Shown piece by piece: positions 22,157-32,842 of a DNA stretch of 64,000 bases. The notes under the pieces were generated by a model. That model worked only from the letters and a program-made list of their open reading frames with translations, was not told the origin of the DNA and searched no databases. This DNA is from an uncultured Acidobacteriaceae bacterium. GTDB taxonomy: Bacteria; Acidobacteriota; Terriglobia; Terriglobales; Acidobacteriaceae. Both the position numbers and the translations under genes were made by a program. Where the stretch lies: the NCBI GenBank assembly GCA_963738855.1, contig CAVTYC010000003.1:214241-278240 (forward strand), written 5' to 3'. The stretch's first letter is position 1. Each line of letters begins with the position of its first letter.

Positions 22157-23230
22157 CTACAGCGGTGTGCCTAAAGTGGTGCGCGTGTTGTTGCGTGTGC
22201 GCCAGATGTCAAAGAGCGTGGAGGCGATGGTGAAGGCCAGAGGGCCAAGGATCACGCCGGAGAATCCGAAGATGACAACGCCGCCAAGGATGGCGAGAAG
22301 GACGGAGACGGTGTGCTGGTTGAGTTTGGATCCTACGAGGATAGGGTAGAGGAAGTTGTCGATGCTGCTGACGACGAAGGTTCCCCAGACGGTAAGAAGA
22401 GCGGCCTTCCCCCAGTGGCCCATGAGGCCGAGATACAGGGCGACAGGGATCCAGACCACGCTGGCACCCACGACTGGGAGCACCGAGGCGACGATGGTTA
22501 CGGCCGTCCATAGCATCGTGTTGGGAACTCCGAGGATCCAGAAGGCGAGACCGGCGAGCACGCCTTGAATGATGCCGATGACGAGTCTGCCGAGTGCGGT
22601 TGCGTTGATCGTGCTGCCCATGTTGCCGAACAACTGGTCGGTCTCCGGGTCACTGAGAGGCAGAAGAGAACGGGCGAAGGACACAGCCATCTCTTGGTCG
22701 CGGTATAGGAAAAAGAGGATGAAAAGCATGATGACGAGCTGTGTGGTAGCGCCGAGGGAATAACTGAGGAAGCTGGCGAGCAGGTTGCCGAGGATGGCGG
22801 CGATGGAGCGAACTGTGTCTTGGATGTTTATGGTGTTGGTGACGATATGAATCTCGGCGGCGATGGAGGGGTGGGTTTCAAGGAAGCGAGTGAGGGTCTT
22901 TTGAGGGATGTCGCTGCGGAGAAAGACGATTACGGTAGTGGTTCCCTGGAGGAGGTCCTGCAGGATGAAGAAGCTGGGAATGATGACGCTGAGTATGACG
23001 AGGATGACCGCGATGGCAGCACAGAGGTTGCGGCTTTTGATCTTGTGTGTCAGCCAGTCGTAAGGGCGCTTGGTGATGACTGCAAGTACGATGGCTCCGA
23101 TAATGCCAGATAGGAACGGGTAGATGACGAAAAAGCAGATGCTGATGGCGCCGAAGGTGAGGAGGTAGAGGGTGACCTGCTTCCAGAGATTTGTCTGGAC
23201 GTGGTTTGGCATCGGCTGATTAAGGTCCAT
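22157..23230 (-). CDS. AI-2E family transporter
   Basis: LFFLYRD, PVVGASVVWIP, IDNFLYP, FGFSGVILGP; multi-TM. Confidence 0.9.
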   Translation of the reverse strand: MDLNQPMPNHVQTNLWKQVTLYLLTFGAISICFFVIYPFLSGIIGAIVLAVITKRPYDWLTHKIKSRNLCAAIAVILVILSVIIPSFFILQDLLQGTTTVIVFLRSDIPQKTLTRFLETHPSIAAEIHIVTNTINIQDTVRSIAAILGNLLASFLSYSLGATTQLVIMLFILFFLYRDQEMAVSFARSLLPLSDPETDQLFGNMGSTINATALGRLVIGIIQGVLAGLAFWILGVPNTMLWTAVTIVASVLPVVGASVVWIPVALYLGLMGHWGKAALLTVWGTFVVSSIDNFLYPILVGSKLNQHTVSVLLAILGGVVIFGFSGVILGPLAFTIASTLFDIWRTRNNTRTTLGTPL

Positions 23231-23252
23231 CTACATTGGATGGCTCTCGCGT

Positions 23253-23504
23253 CTATGGGTTTTCTCGTGGCGGTGGAAGAGTTCTCCATTGAGAGAACGC
23301 AAGGACGTAGAGGAGAATCAGGTTCACGAGCGGGATGATCATCAAGATGCTTAACGCACGTGGGAAGCCTGCCTTGCCGAATATCTTCCAGTACGGAATG
23401 ATGACGATGAGAGCGACTATCAAGGCACTGAGCGCCAGGGGAAGAAGGGGATAGTGCGCTCCGTAGATATAGATGTCGGTTGAGTTGACCTCTTGTTGGC
23501 TCAT
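23253..23504 (-). CDS. Small membrane protein (WKIFxKAG motif)
   Basis: YWKIFGKAGFP...LMIIPLVNLILLYVLAFSQW. Confidence 0.75.
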   Translation of the reverse strand: MSQQEVNSTDIYIYGAHYPLLPLALSALIVALIVIIPYWKIFGKAGFPRALSILMIIPLVNLILLYVLAFSQWRTLPPPRENP

Positions 23505-23553
23505 GGGCCGGAATCATACGCCGGGTGGTGTGAGGAGTCCAGTGGGTACAGGA

Positions 23554-23598
23554 CTCCGCCATGGCATGTGACGCGCGTCTTGCCATGCCATGGCGGAG
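23554..23598. terminator. 15-bp perfect inverted repeat just downstream of the TIGR03118-like gene
   Basis: CTCCGCCATGGCATG...CATGCCATGGCGGAG; no strong U tract. Confidence 0.5.
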
Positions 23599-23606
23599 GT
23601 GAGGTT

Positions 23607-24719
23607 TTAGCGTGGCGATCTAATACGCGAACGTATGCGCATAAATGCAAGCGTGATCAGGCCGGATGCGGTTTCGAAGATGGTCGCGGGTTCTGGTGTG
23701 GTCTCTGTGATCTCTCCAAACAGCCCGTCCTGTTGATTGTCGATGCCGGCCGTGAAATATACCGCGTTCAGGTTCACGCCGGTTCCACCGGTGCGGGTCT
23801 CGAGCGCCCAGAGGAAGTCGTTGACGAGTGGCTGGCCGTTTGGTCCGTCAAGTGTGCCCAGAAATGCGTCCGTGTTTGGGTCATAGGCAAGAATCTCGCC
23901 GTTGCCGAAGTTGCCGACCAGCAGATCGTTGCTGAAAATGCCGAAGTTGGCGGGAGCGATAACAAGTCCCCAGGGCGAGAAGAGAGCGCCGCCGCTTGCG
24001 ATGCGTTTGATGAAATTGCCGGCTGTATCGTACTCATCGACAAAGCCGCCTGTGGCGCCAGAGTAAGTTACATAGAGGTTCGAGCCGATGGTTTGGATGT
24101 TGAATGGCGTGTAGCCAGCGGGTATGGTCGAATCGGTAAACTTACCGGCGAACGTCGTACTGGTGACGTCGGTCCAGTTGGAATCGAATACGTGAATTCC
24201 GCCTGTTGCGCTCGCCGCATAAAGGAAGGAAGAACCGCCGCTCGTATTCTGCGCGAGACCGGTGTAGACCGCACCCGGCGTTGAGGCCATTACCACCGCT
24301 GTGGTGCCGGCGCTCGAATTCCATGCAGCAATCGTGCCGTTGAGCGTGTCGAAGATGAAGTTCGACGCTGCTGTACCCACCTTGAATCCGGTGCTGCTAT
24401 TGAATACTGTGCCCGTGGGCCCGGTGGGCGGAGTGGCGCTGGGCGGGATTGTGACAACTAAGGGAGTGATGGCTCCAACGCCGTTGTAAAGGGTGGACTT
24501 TCCCGCTGCTTGATCAGCGACCCAGAATGGCGACGTTGCCGAAAAGGACACGCCCCACGGGTTCTGGAGGTTGGGGTCCGTAACTGCGGCCAGCCCGGGA
24601 ACGTTGGACACAAGGTTGGTCTGGGTGAACGAATCGGCGTGTGCGTACATGGGAGCAAACGCCAACGCGATCGTGCACGCCGCTTTCACAAGACGGGGGA
24701 TGGAGTGATGTCTGGACAC
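23607..24719 (-). CDS. TIGR03118-like secreted protein with PEP-CTERM-type C-terminus
   Basis: QTNLVSN, DPNLQNPWG, PTGTVFN, PFNIQ, LLVGNFGNG, YFTAG, GLFG; TPEPAT-hydrophobic-basic tail; GTG start with AGGAGG. Confidence 0.88.
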   Translation of the reverse strand: MSRHHSIPRLVKAACTIALAFAPMYAHADSFTQTNLVSNVPGLAAVTDPNLQNPWGVSFSATSPFWVADQAAGKSTLYNGVGAITPLVVTIPPSATPPTGPTGTVFNSSTGFKVGTAASNFIFDTLNGTIAAWNSSAGTTAVVMASTPGAVYTGLAQNTSGGSSFLYAASATGGIHVFDSNWTDVTSTTFAGKFTDSTIPAGYTPFNIQTIGSNLYVTYSGATGGFVDEYDTAGNFIKRIASGGALFSPWGLVIAPANFGIFSNDLLVGNFGNGEILAYDPNTDAFLGTLDGPNGQPLVNDFLWALETRTGGTGVNLNAVYFTAGIDNQQDGLFGEITETTPEPATIFETASGLITLAFMRIRSRIRSPR

Positions 24720-24978
24720 GGGGAAGCCTCCTGAGACTGACATATCTGTCAAACGGTTAGTTCTTTCGTTGAAGGCCCAAGTGCAAGGTGAGGGAAGTAT
24801 ATGCGTGTGTCGATTCGGCTGTCGTTTCGCTGATGTCAAATGTTTGTATCGGTTTTGTCTCTGTCGAAGGCGAGATTGGACCGGTGTGTACGGACGGATG
24901 GACTGGTGTCCGCATAGGGCTGAAGGTATTGAGGCGACAGAGGATGGAAGAGTCGGGAGGGACGTTATGAGTGTGAAT

Positions 24979-25893
24979 TTACCGCTTTTTCAGGGCTTCC
25001 AGTTCGTCGAGAGTGCGGGGCCAGTCTGCGCCCAGGAGACGCGATAAGCTGCGGTCTGCGAGGACTTTGCCGCTGGTCTGGCATTGGGCGCAGTAGTTGG
25101 TTTCGTTGTCGGCGTAGCGGATGCGCTGGATGGGCTGGCCGCAGGTGGGGCAGGGCTGGCCGAAGCGTCCGTGTGCGGCCATGTCTTTGCGGAAGGCGGT
25201 TACTTTTTCGGGGAAGGCTTGAGCGGCTTCGGTGTTGAGGCGGTCGATCCAGAGTTGGAGGGTTTCGCGGGTGGCGGTGTAGAGGCGCGGCCATTGCTCG
25301 TCCGTGAGTTTGTGCGTGAGTTGGATGGGCGAGAGGTGGGCGGCGTGGAGGATCTCGTCGGAGTAGGCGTTGCCGATGCCGGAGAGGATGCGTGGGTCGG
25401 TGAGTGCTCGCTTGAGGGTGCGATTTTCGGCGGTGAGGGCTGCGCGGAAGTCATCGAATGTGGCGGTGAAGACGTCGTCTTCAAAAAGATTCAGGCCGCC
25501 GGGGTCGATTTCTTTGGCGGCGACTTCGTTGGGGAAGAGGTGAAGGGAGGCTCGGCGCTTGGAGCCAGCTTCGGTGAGGACGAGAGAGCCGTTGGGGAAG
25601 TCGAACGCGGCGAGGTTGTTTCGGCCGCCGAGTTTGGCCTCGGTGGGACGCCAGTGGAGGCGGCCGGCGATCATGAGGTGCAGGACGAGCCAGAGGCCGT
25701 TGTCGAACTCGATGGCGATGCGTTTGCCGATGCGGTGGAGCGAGCGGACGGTGCGGCCTTCGATCTCTTCGATGCGGGGATGGGCGGTGCGAAGAAGGAA
25801 CGGGCTGGCTATGCGGATGTGGGTGAGAGGCTGGCCTACTATGCGCGGCTCAAGTGCGGAGAGGTAGGCCGTGATGTCGGGGAGTTCAGGCAT
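24979..25893 (-). CDS. Fpg/Nei family DNA glycosylase
   Basis: [27 protein letters not shown]2TH, C-terminal CPTC...CAQC zinc finger. Confidence 0.93.
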   Translation of the reverse strand: MPELPDITAYLSALEPRIVGQPLTHIRIASPFLLRTAHPRIEEIEGRTVRSLHRIGKRIAIEFDNGLWLVLHLMIAGRLHWRPTEAKLGGRNNLAAFDFPNGSLVLTEAGSKRRASLHLFPNEVAAKEIDPGGLNLFEDDVFTATFDDFRAALTAENRTLKRALTDPRILSGIGNAYSDEILHAAHLSPIQLTHKLTDEQWPRLYTATRETLQLWIDRLNTEAAQAFPEKVTAFRKDMAAHGRFGQPCPTCGQPIQRIRYADNETNYCAQCQTSGKVLADRSLSRLLGADWPRTLDELEALKKR

Positions 25894-26002
25894 TTGGTTG
25901 GAGAGATGATAACGGCTGCCTGTCGTTTGGAGCGTGATCGTGCTTCAGACGATGCCCTGCATCTTCGAATCAAATATTGATTTTTCGATTTATTCGAGCG
26001 AG

Positions 26003-26239
26003 ATGAGCGTAAGCTCTTTTCCATCTAAAAGTAGACAATTCTTCTGGCGTCTTGCGCAATTTGCGGCAGTACCTGTGGCGATGGCTGGAGGTTTTGTTCA
26101 GGGACAGGCGATGCACAAGCCGCTCAAAATCATGATGAAGAGTGCGTGGGGCTCGGATGATCCAACCAAGGCGGCGTTCCCTAAGCTGGAAGAAGCCATC
26201 GTCCAAGCCGAATTTAAGCGGGTGAAAGCGAGACCTTAA
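26003..26239 (+). pseudogene. Probable truncated exported DsrE-like gene remnant
   Basis: Signal-like N-terminus then KIMMKSAWGSDDPTKAAFP, recalled as a DsrE-type beta1-loop; diverges and stops right after. Confidence 0.4.
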
Positions 26240-26987
26240 CCTGTTGATCTGCCGTGCCGTGCATCAAGAACTGATAGCCAGCGGTCTTTCCAAGTTCTAC
26301 ACACCTGCGAGAACATTCGGTCCAGTACTCTGCATTGCCGTACCAAGACAAGACGTTGTCTTTAAAGACCAATGTCTCCGGTTCCGTCACGTGCGTTCGG
26401 TGCAGGTCTGTATGCGCCGGCGAATGCAAGCTGCCTCGATATTGCAGGGAAGACGACAACTCAAGTACATCAGTACCTTCAGCGAGAGCCTGCATTTGAT
26501 CGGCAAATTCCAGCAACTGATTAGCGCTGGAAAACGTAAGAAATAGAGAAGGCAAGGGCTGTGGCATGCTGCTAGTGGACAGTCGATCAAGGATTTTATT
26601 GGAGCTACTTGGCTGCCTTCGAAAGAACAGCTCAGCGGTGGTCAGTATCGCTGCACTTTGTTTCGGTGGATAAGCTTTATCGCGATTCACGAGATGACGT
26701 CTTGCCCATGGATGCGGGTATGATTGCCCCTCTACCCGAAAGTATTCCTGGCTCATTACATCTCGCGGGTCTTGCTTCGCTAAAACAGCTAACTGCTGCA
26801 GCCGATTGATATCGCTCTTGCCCAGATACAGCAGGTCGAAACGTACCCGATCTACTTCTGGTCGCGGTCTATCCGTGCCATATGACAGTAATATCGCTCG
26901 TACGACAGATTGAACTTCTGGTGCGTATTGAGTGCGGATCAGTTCCTCGAACTCTATGGAAAGTGAGACTAGATCGTCATTCGTCAT
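26214..26987 (-). CDS. Hypothetical protein (lower GC than flanks)
   Basis: 257-aa ORF abutting holA; no recognised catalytic motif. Confidence 0.6.
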   Translation of the reverse strand: MTNDDLVSLSIEFEELIRTQYAPEVQSVVRAILLSYGTDRPRPEVDRVRFDLLYLGKSDINRLQQLAVLAKQDPRDVMSQEYFRVEGQSYPHPWARRHLVNRDKAYPPKQSAAILTTAELFFRRQPSSSNKILDRLSTSSMPQPLPSLFLTFSSANQLLEFADQMQALAEGTDVLELSSSLQYRGSLHSPAHTDLHRTHVTEPETLVFKDNVLSWYGNAEYWTECSRRCVELGKTAGYQFLMHGTADQQVKVSLSPA

Positions 26988-26991
26988 AACT

Positions 26992-28311
26992 TTACAATTC
27001 CATGGCGAACTGGTGGGAGGGTTCGTAGAGGGTGGGTTTGGGTTCGGTGGAGAGGTCTAGGATTAGGCGCTCGAGGACGAGGAGTTTGTTGGCGGGGCTG
27101 CTGCGGAGTTCGAGGTCGGCGCGGGCTACGAGGCGGATGGCTCGGGTGAGTTCGCGGCGGGATTTGTAGCGGCGGGCTTGCTTGATGAGGTCTTCGGCGG
27201 CGAAGGGGGGCATGCGGAAGCCTTGCCACAGGACCTGCCAGATGGCTCGGGGATCGCGGACGTTTTTTTCGGAGATGATGAGCATCTGGCGGAAGGTGCG
27301 AGCGAGCATGTAGAGGTGGCCGATGGCTGCGTCTTCGCCGCCGTCTGAGGCGTTGAGGAGGCCGTGGAGGAGAAGCAGGGCTCGCGGGCGGTCCTTGGCG
27401 GAGATGGCGTCGGTGAGCTCGTAGAGGCTGCGCTGTTTGGCGGCGAGGACCATGGTTTCTACGTCGCCGAGGGTTACTCGGTTTTTGGCGACTGCGGTTG
27501 AGTTTGGTGGCGCTTGGGTTGAAACTGGGGGCGGAAAGGGAGGGTGGGCTGTGGTGCTATTTGATCCCTCGGGGTCCTTCGACTGCGCGCTGGGCGCTTC
27601 GCTCAGGATGACGGCACTATTGCTCAGTGTGACGGCGTTATTGGGGGCGGCAGCTGGTGCGGGGGCGGAGACGTAGAGGAGGAGCTTTTCGAACTCGCTG
27701 GAGATGAGCATCATATCGGCGCCGAGGGAGTCGACTAGCTCGCGGGCGGCGTCGGGGTCGAAGCGGACGTTGTGGGATTCGGCGGTAGTGGTGACCCATT
27801 TGATGGCGTCGGCTTCGTCGACGCGGGCTAGCTCGATGATGCCGCACCAGTCGCCAAGGGTCTCGCGGATGCGCTCGAAGCGCTCCTTGTCCTGGTAGTC
27901 CATCTTGCGGAGGTCGGTGGGGATGCGGAGATGGTCGGCTACGAAGAGGATGAGGGCCGAAGGATTGGGGGAGCGGAAGTAGGCGTCGATGGCGGCGAAT
28001 TCTTCTTTTTTACTGCCGCGTCCGTAGAGGTTTTTCAGGTTGCGGATGAAGAGGACCTGGAAGGGCGCCATTAAGGACGGGGTCTGGGCGCGGTCGAGAG
28101 CTTCGAAGATGCTGGTCTCGGCGAGGTCTATGTCGTGGAGGGAGAAGTCGCGGGTGTCGGGGGGGATGAGGGTGGAGAGGACGGCTTTGCGGCAGCGGTC
28201 GTACAGGAAGATCTCGTCGCCAATGAGGACGTAGCCGGGGCGGAGGGTCGCGGGGGTGGCGATTTCGGTGATGAAGCGGTCGGTGGCGGCGAAGCTGCGG
28301 AGTGAGGGCAT
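26992..28311 (-). CDS. holA: DNA polymerase III delta subunit, with an internal low-complexity insertion
   Basis: YVLIGDEIFL, AQTPSLMAP, EFEKLLLY, LYELTDAI, ADLELRS, LERLIL; downstream of lptE. Confidence 0.92.
   Translation of the reverse strand: MPSLRSFAATDRFITEIATPATLRPGYVLIGDEIFLYDRCRKAVLSTLIPPDTRDFSLHDIDLAETSIFEALDRAQTPSLMAPFQVLFIRNLKNLYGRGSKKEEFAAIDAYFRSPNPSALILFVADHLRIPTDLRKMDYQDKERFERIRETLGDWCGIIELARVDEADAIKWVTTTAESHNVRFDPDAARELVDSLGADMMLISSEFEKLLLYVSAPAPAAAPNNAVTLSNSAVILSEAPSAQSKDPEGSNSTTAHPPFPPPVSTQAPPNSTAVAKNRVTLGDVETMVLAAKQRSLYELTDAISAKDRPRALLLLHGLLNASDGGEDAAIGHLYMLARTFRQMLIISEKNVRDPRAIWQVLWQGFRMPPFAAEDLIKQARRYKSRRELTRAIRLVARADLELRSSPANKLLVLERLILDLSTEPKPTLYEPSHQFAMEL
27571..27613 (-). 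repeat. CGTCAT-tagged palindromic element inserted in frame in holA
   Basis: Minus strand CGTCATCCTGAGCGAAGCGCCCAGCGCGCAGTCGAAGGACCCC, encoding VILSEAPSAQSKDP. Confidence 0.75.
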
Positions 28312-28826
28312 TAGAAGGACTCCAGCATATCGCTAACGATGGCCTGGGCGAAGCCCTTTGCGATGCGACGGACGGCGGCAGAGTCTTCCTGGATGAAACC
28401 GCTGAGGTCTTCTGTGGACTGGTACTGGTCGCGGAAGGTGATGGAGTCGTTCTGGTAGAGGATGCGGCCGTCGTGGGCGGTGAGGACGACCTTGGCGGTG
28501 ATGGCGACGAGGTAACTGGAGGTTTGGCCGGTGGTGGCGTCGTAGGTGAGGGGAGCGACAGTCTGGGTGAGGATGGTGCCGCGGAGAGTGGCGTCGGCGC
28601 TGGGGGATTCGGAGTTGAGGATGGTGTAGTGGGTGCGGGTGTTGAGCTCGCGGATGACGGCCTGGGTGAAGGTCATCTCGGTGCGGTAGGCCTGGGCCTT
28701 GGTCGTAAAGATGGGGACGGCGAGGGTGCGGACGTTCGCGGGGATATGGGCGGCCGAGCCGGCCTGGTGGTAGCCGCATCCGGTGAGGGTGATGAGAAGG
28801 AGGAGCGTGAGGGTGCGGAGGTTCAT
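28311..28826 (-). CDS. lptE: LPS assembly lipoprotein LptE
   Basis: Lipobox LTGC-GY, TLAVPIF, ADATLRGTI; lptE-holA synteny; stop overlaps holA start. Confidence 0.85.
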   Translation of the reverse strand: MNLRTLTLLLLITLTGCGYHQAGSAAHIPANVRTLAVPIFTTKAQAYRTEMTFTQAVIRELNTRTHYTILNSESPSADATLRGTILTQTVAPLTYDATTGQTSSYLVAITAKVVLTAHDGRILYQNDSITFRDQYQSTEDLSGFIQEDSAAVRRIAKGFAQAIVSDMLESF

Positions 28827-29016
28827 GCGGCTTTTTCTATTGTCGCATTGGCGGGAATTTGTCCGAAAATTTCTGACGTGGTGGAACCTTGTTTTTACTG
28901 AGGAAAAGGGCTGTTCGAGGCTGGTTATCTGTGGTTTGTTGATGGTGAAATGTGTGGTAAACGTGGTTTGCGGACGGCATGGTTTTTCGGGGGAGGGGCT
29001 TCTTCGAGAGCGAAGA

Positions 29017-29160
29017 GCAGGTCCCCCTTCGGCTTCGCTCAGGGCAGGCTCTTCGGGGATGACAAGCAAGAAAAGCAAAGGCAAATACAACAGCTGGCGG
29101 GGGGAAGGGATACTTTCCCACCCATGTCGCGGTGAAACTGCGCCATGGATGGGGCACCCC
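29017..29160. repeat. REP-like elements: TGTCAT family copy carrying a nested 25-nt module, plus a CCCACCCATG...CATGGATGGG hairpin
   Basis: Removing 29026-29050 restores GCAGGTCCCCTTCGGGGATGACAAGCAAGAAA as at 30275-30306. Confidence 0.85.
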
Positions 29161-29200
29161 GGGCGATTTTGGCGCTTCGGGAGAGATGCGAGTTGGGTGT

Positions 29201-29905
29201 TCAGGGTTGGGTACGCCAGCGGTCGATGGCTAGCATGAAGAGGTCGTAGTCCTCGCGGTGCATGGAGTGGGTGGTGTGAGGGAGGGCCCAGACCTCCATT
29301 CCGATGTCCTGGAGGTGGGCGGCGTCGTCCGGGGGAACGAACTCGCTTGGGTGGGCCAGCAGGGCCAGCGAGGGGCAGGTGATGGCGCGTGGCAGGTGGT
29401 CGTAACCCTGGCCGGCGAGCAGGCCGTCGATGCAGGCGGGATCGAAGTTCTTGACGGAGGAGAGGCGGGCGGTGATGTCGCCGGCAGCCCAGAAGGGGTG
29501 GGCTTCCAGCCATTGTTCGACGGTCCAGTCTAGTTCGGGGGACCATGCTGTTTTGAAGGCCAGCTCCTGGGCAATGGTGAGCTTCCAGGCCGGGTCGACG
29601 TAGATGGCGCTTTTGACCTGCAGGGCGGCGGCGGCGAGGGCCAGGGACATTCCTCCGAGGGAGTGCCCGATGGCGAGGTCGGCGTGGTGGGGGAGGGAGT
29701 CAACGAGGTCGGAGGCCCAGTGTTCGGGGGAGTAGGGACCGCGGGGGCTGAGGCCGTGTCCGCGGAGGTCGGGGGCGAGGACGCGGTAGCCACGGGCGGC
29801 GAGGGCCGGGCCGGCGCGCCACCAGCTTTGGTGGTCGGCGAAGAGGCCGTGGATCAGGATGGCGGTCTTGTTGCCGGTGCCCCACTCGTGGATGTGTAGC
29901 TTCAT
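29201..29905 (-). CDS. Alpha/beta fold hydrolase
   Basis: LIHG, PDLRGHGLS, GHSLGG nucleophile, C-terminal His. Confidence 0.92.
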   Translation of the reverse strand: MKLHIHEWGTGNKTAILIHGLFADHQSWWRAGPALAARGYRVLAPDLRGHGLSPRGPYSPEHWASDLVDSLPHHADLAIGHSLGGMSLALAAAALQVKSAIYVDPAWKLTIAQELAFKTAWSPELDWTVEQWLEAHPFWAAGDITARLSSVKNFDPACIDGLLAGQGYDHLPRAITCPSLALLAHPSEFVPPDDAAHLQDIGMEVWALPHTTHSMHREDYDLFMLAIDRWRTQP

Positions 29906-29930
29906 TCTTTGGGTTCCTTTCGCTGTGTCG

Positions 29931-30230
29931 TTACAGCGGCTGAGGTGGAAGGATATCTTCCCAGGTGGGGTTTGTGCGCTCGATTAGCTCGATTTTTTGG
30001 GCCCTTGTCCAGCGCTTGAGCTCCTTTTCGCGGGAGATGGCACTTCGGACGTAGCGGAAGTATTCGCAGTGGACGAGACGGTGGATGTTGTAGAGCGCCG
30101 TGTGGGTGCCGGGACGCCCTTCGCGATGCATGACTATCCGATTGTGAATGTCATTTGTCATGCCGATGTATAGATTTCGCGAGCGGCTGGAGAGGATGTA
30201 GACCCAGAAATGATATTCACGGGGAGGCAT
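29931..30230 (-). CDS. Stand-alone GIY-YIG nuclease (99 aa)
   Basis: FWVYIL...LYIGMTND...R...H, YNIHRLV, AISREKELKRWTR-KI-LIE-NP-W-D; start taken at MPPREY. Confidence 0.9.
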   Translation of the reverse strand: MPPREYHFWVYILSSRSRNLYIGMTNDIHNRIVMHREGRPGTHTALYNIHRLVHCEYFRYVRSAISREKELKRWTRAQKIELIERTNPTWEDILPPQPL

Positions 30231-30268
30231 TTGAAGGAGATTAGCAGGGGGGCTGGGGAGTTGGAAGT

Positions 30269-30459
30269 GCAACAGCAGGTCCCCTTCGGGGATGACAAGC
30301 AAGAAAGGCAAGTGCAACAGCAAAGGCAACAGCAAAGGCAACAGCAAAGGCAACAGCAAAGGCAACAGCAAAGGCAACAGCAAAGGCAACAGCAAAGGCA
30401 ACAGCAAAGGCAACAGCAAAGGCAACAGCAGGTCCCCTTCGGGGATGACAAAGCAAGAG
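30269..30459. repeat. Two TGTCAT-tagged palindromes flanking a 12-bp tandem repeat (CAACAGCAAAGG x9)
   Basis: CAACAGCAGGTCCCCTTCGGGGATGACAA at 30270 and 30423; nine perfect units at 30315-30422. Confidence 0.95.
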
Positions 30460-30488
30460 ATGCAAGTGCAACGGCAAAGCAGAGGCAA

Positions 30489-30520
30489 AAAAGAGAGGCA
30501 GCCACGGCTGCCTCTCTTTT
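30489..30520 (-). terminator. Intrinsic terminator of ftsH
   Basis: AAAAGAGAGGCAGC-CACG-GCTGCCTCTCTTTT perfect stem. Confidence 0.9.
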
Positions 30521-30537
30521 CGATGCTGGGTTAGAAG

Positions 30538-32454
<1,917 letters not shown>

Positions 32455-32723
32455 AGCGTATTTCCTCTTTTTTCCGGTCTGGAGCTAGCTTTTGCTGTCA
32501 GACCCGGCTACGGGACACCTGCATGTCCTGAAGCCCCAATCGTTAGACGATATCAATAAGGGAAAGTTCTGAGGGATGCCGGCGGAGACGCTCAGCACCT
32601 CAGTAACAGTCCTATCCGTCAGGTAATAAGATTCTACTCTTTCGGGGAACGATTCAGGGGTTTCTGGAGTGGGAATGTGCTGCAACTAAGGAGTGAGGGG
32701 TGCGGAGGGAGATTGGTAGAGAA

Positions 32724-32801
32724 GCGGGTTTCTCCGCTCCGGCGGCAAAAGCGCCGCCTCCGGTCGAAATGACAGTTCCGGGTGGGGTCGAAATGACAGT
32801 T
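32724..32801 (-). repeat. TGTCAT-tagged palindromic element with duplicated terminus
   Basis: Minus strand TGTCATTTCGACCGGAGGCGGCGCTTTTGCCGCCGGAGCGGAGAAACCCGC; GGTCGAAATGACAGTT occurs twice; same family as 16827. Confidence 0.8.
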
Positions 32802-32842
32802 TGGGTGGGTGGGGTGGATGGTATGACAGGGTTGGCTGGCGG

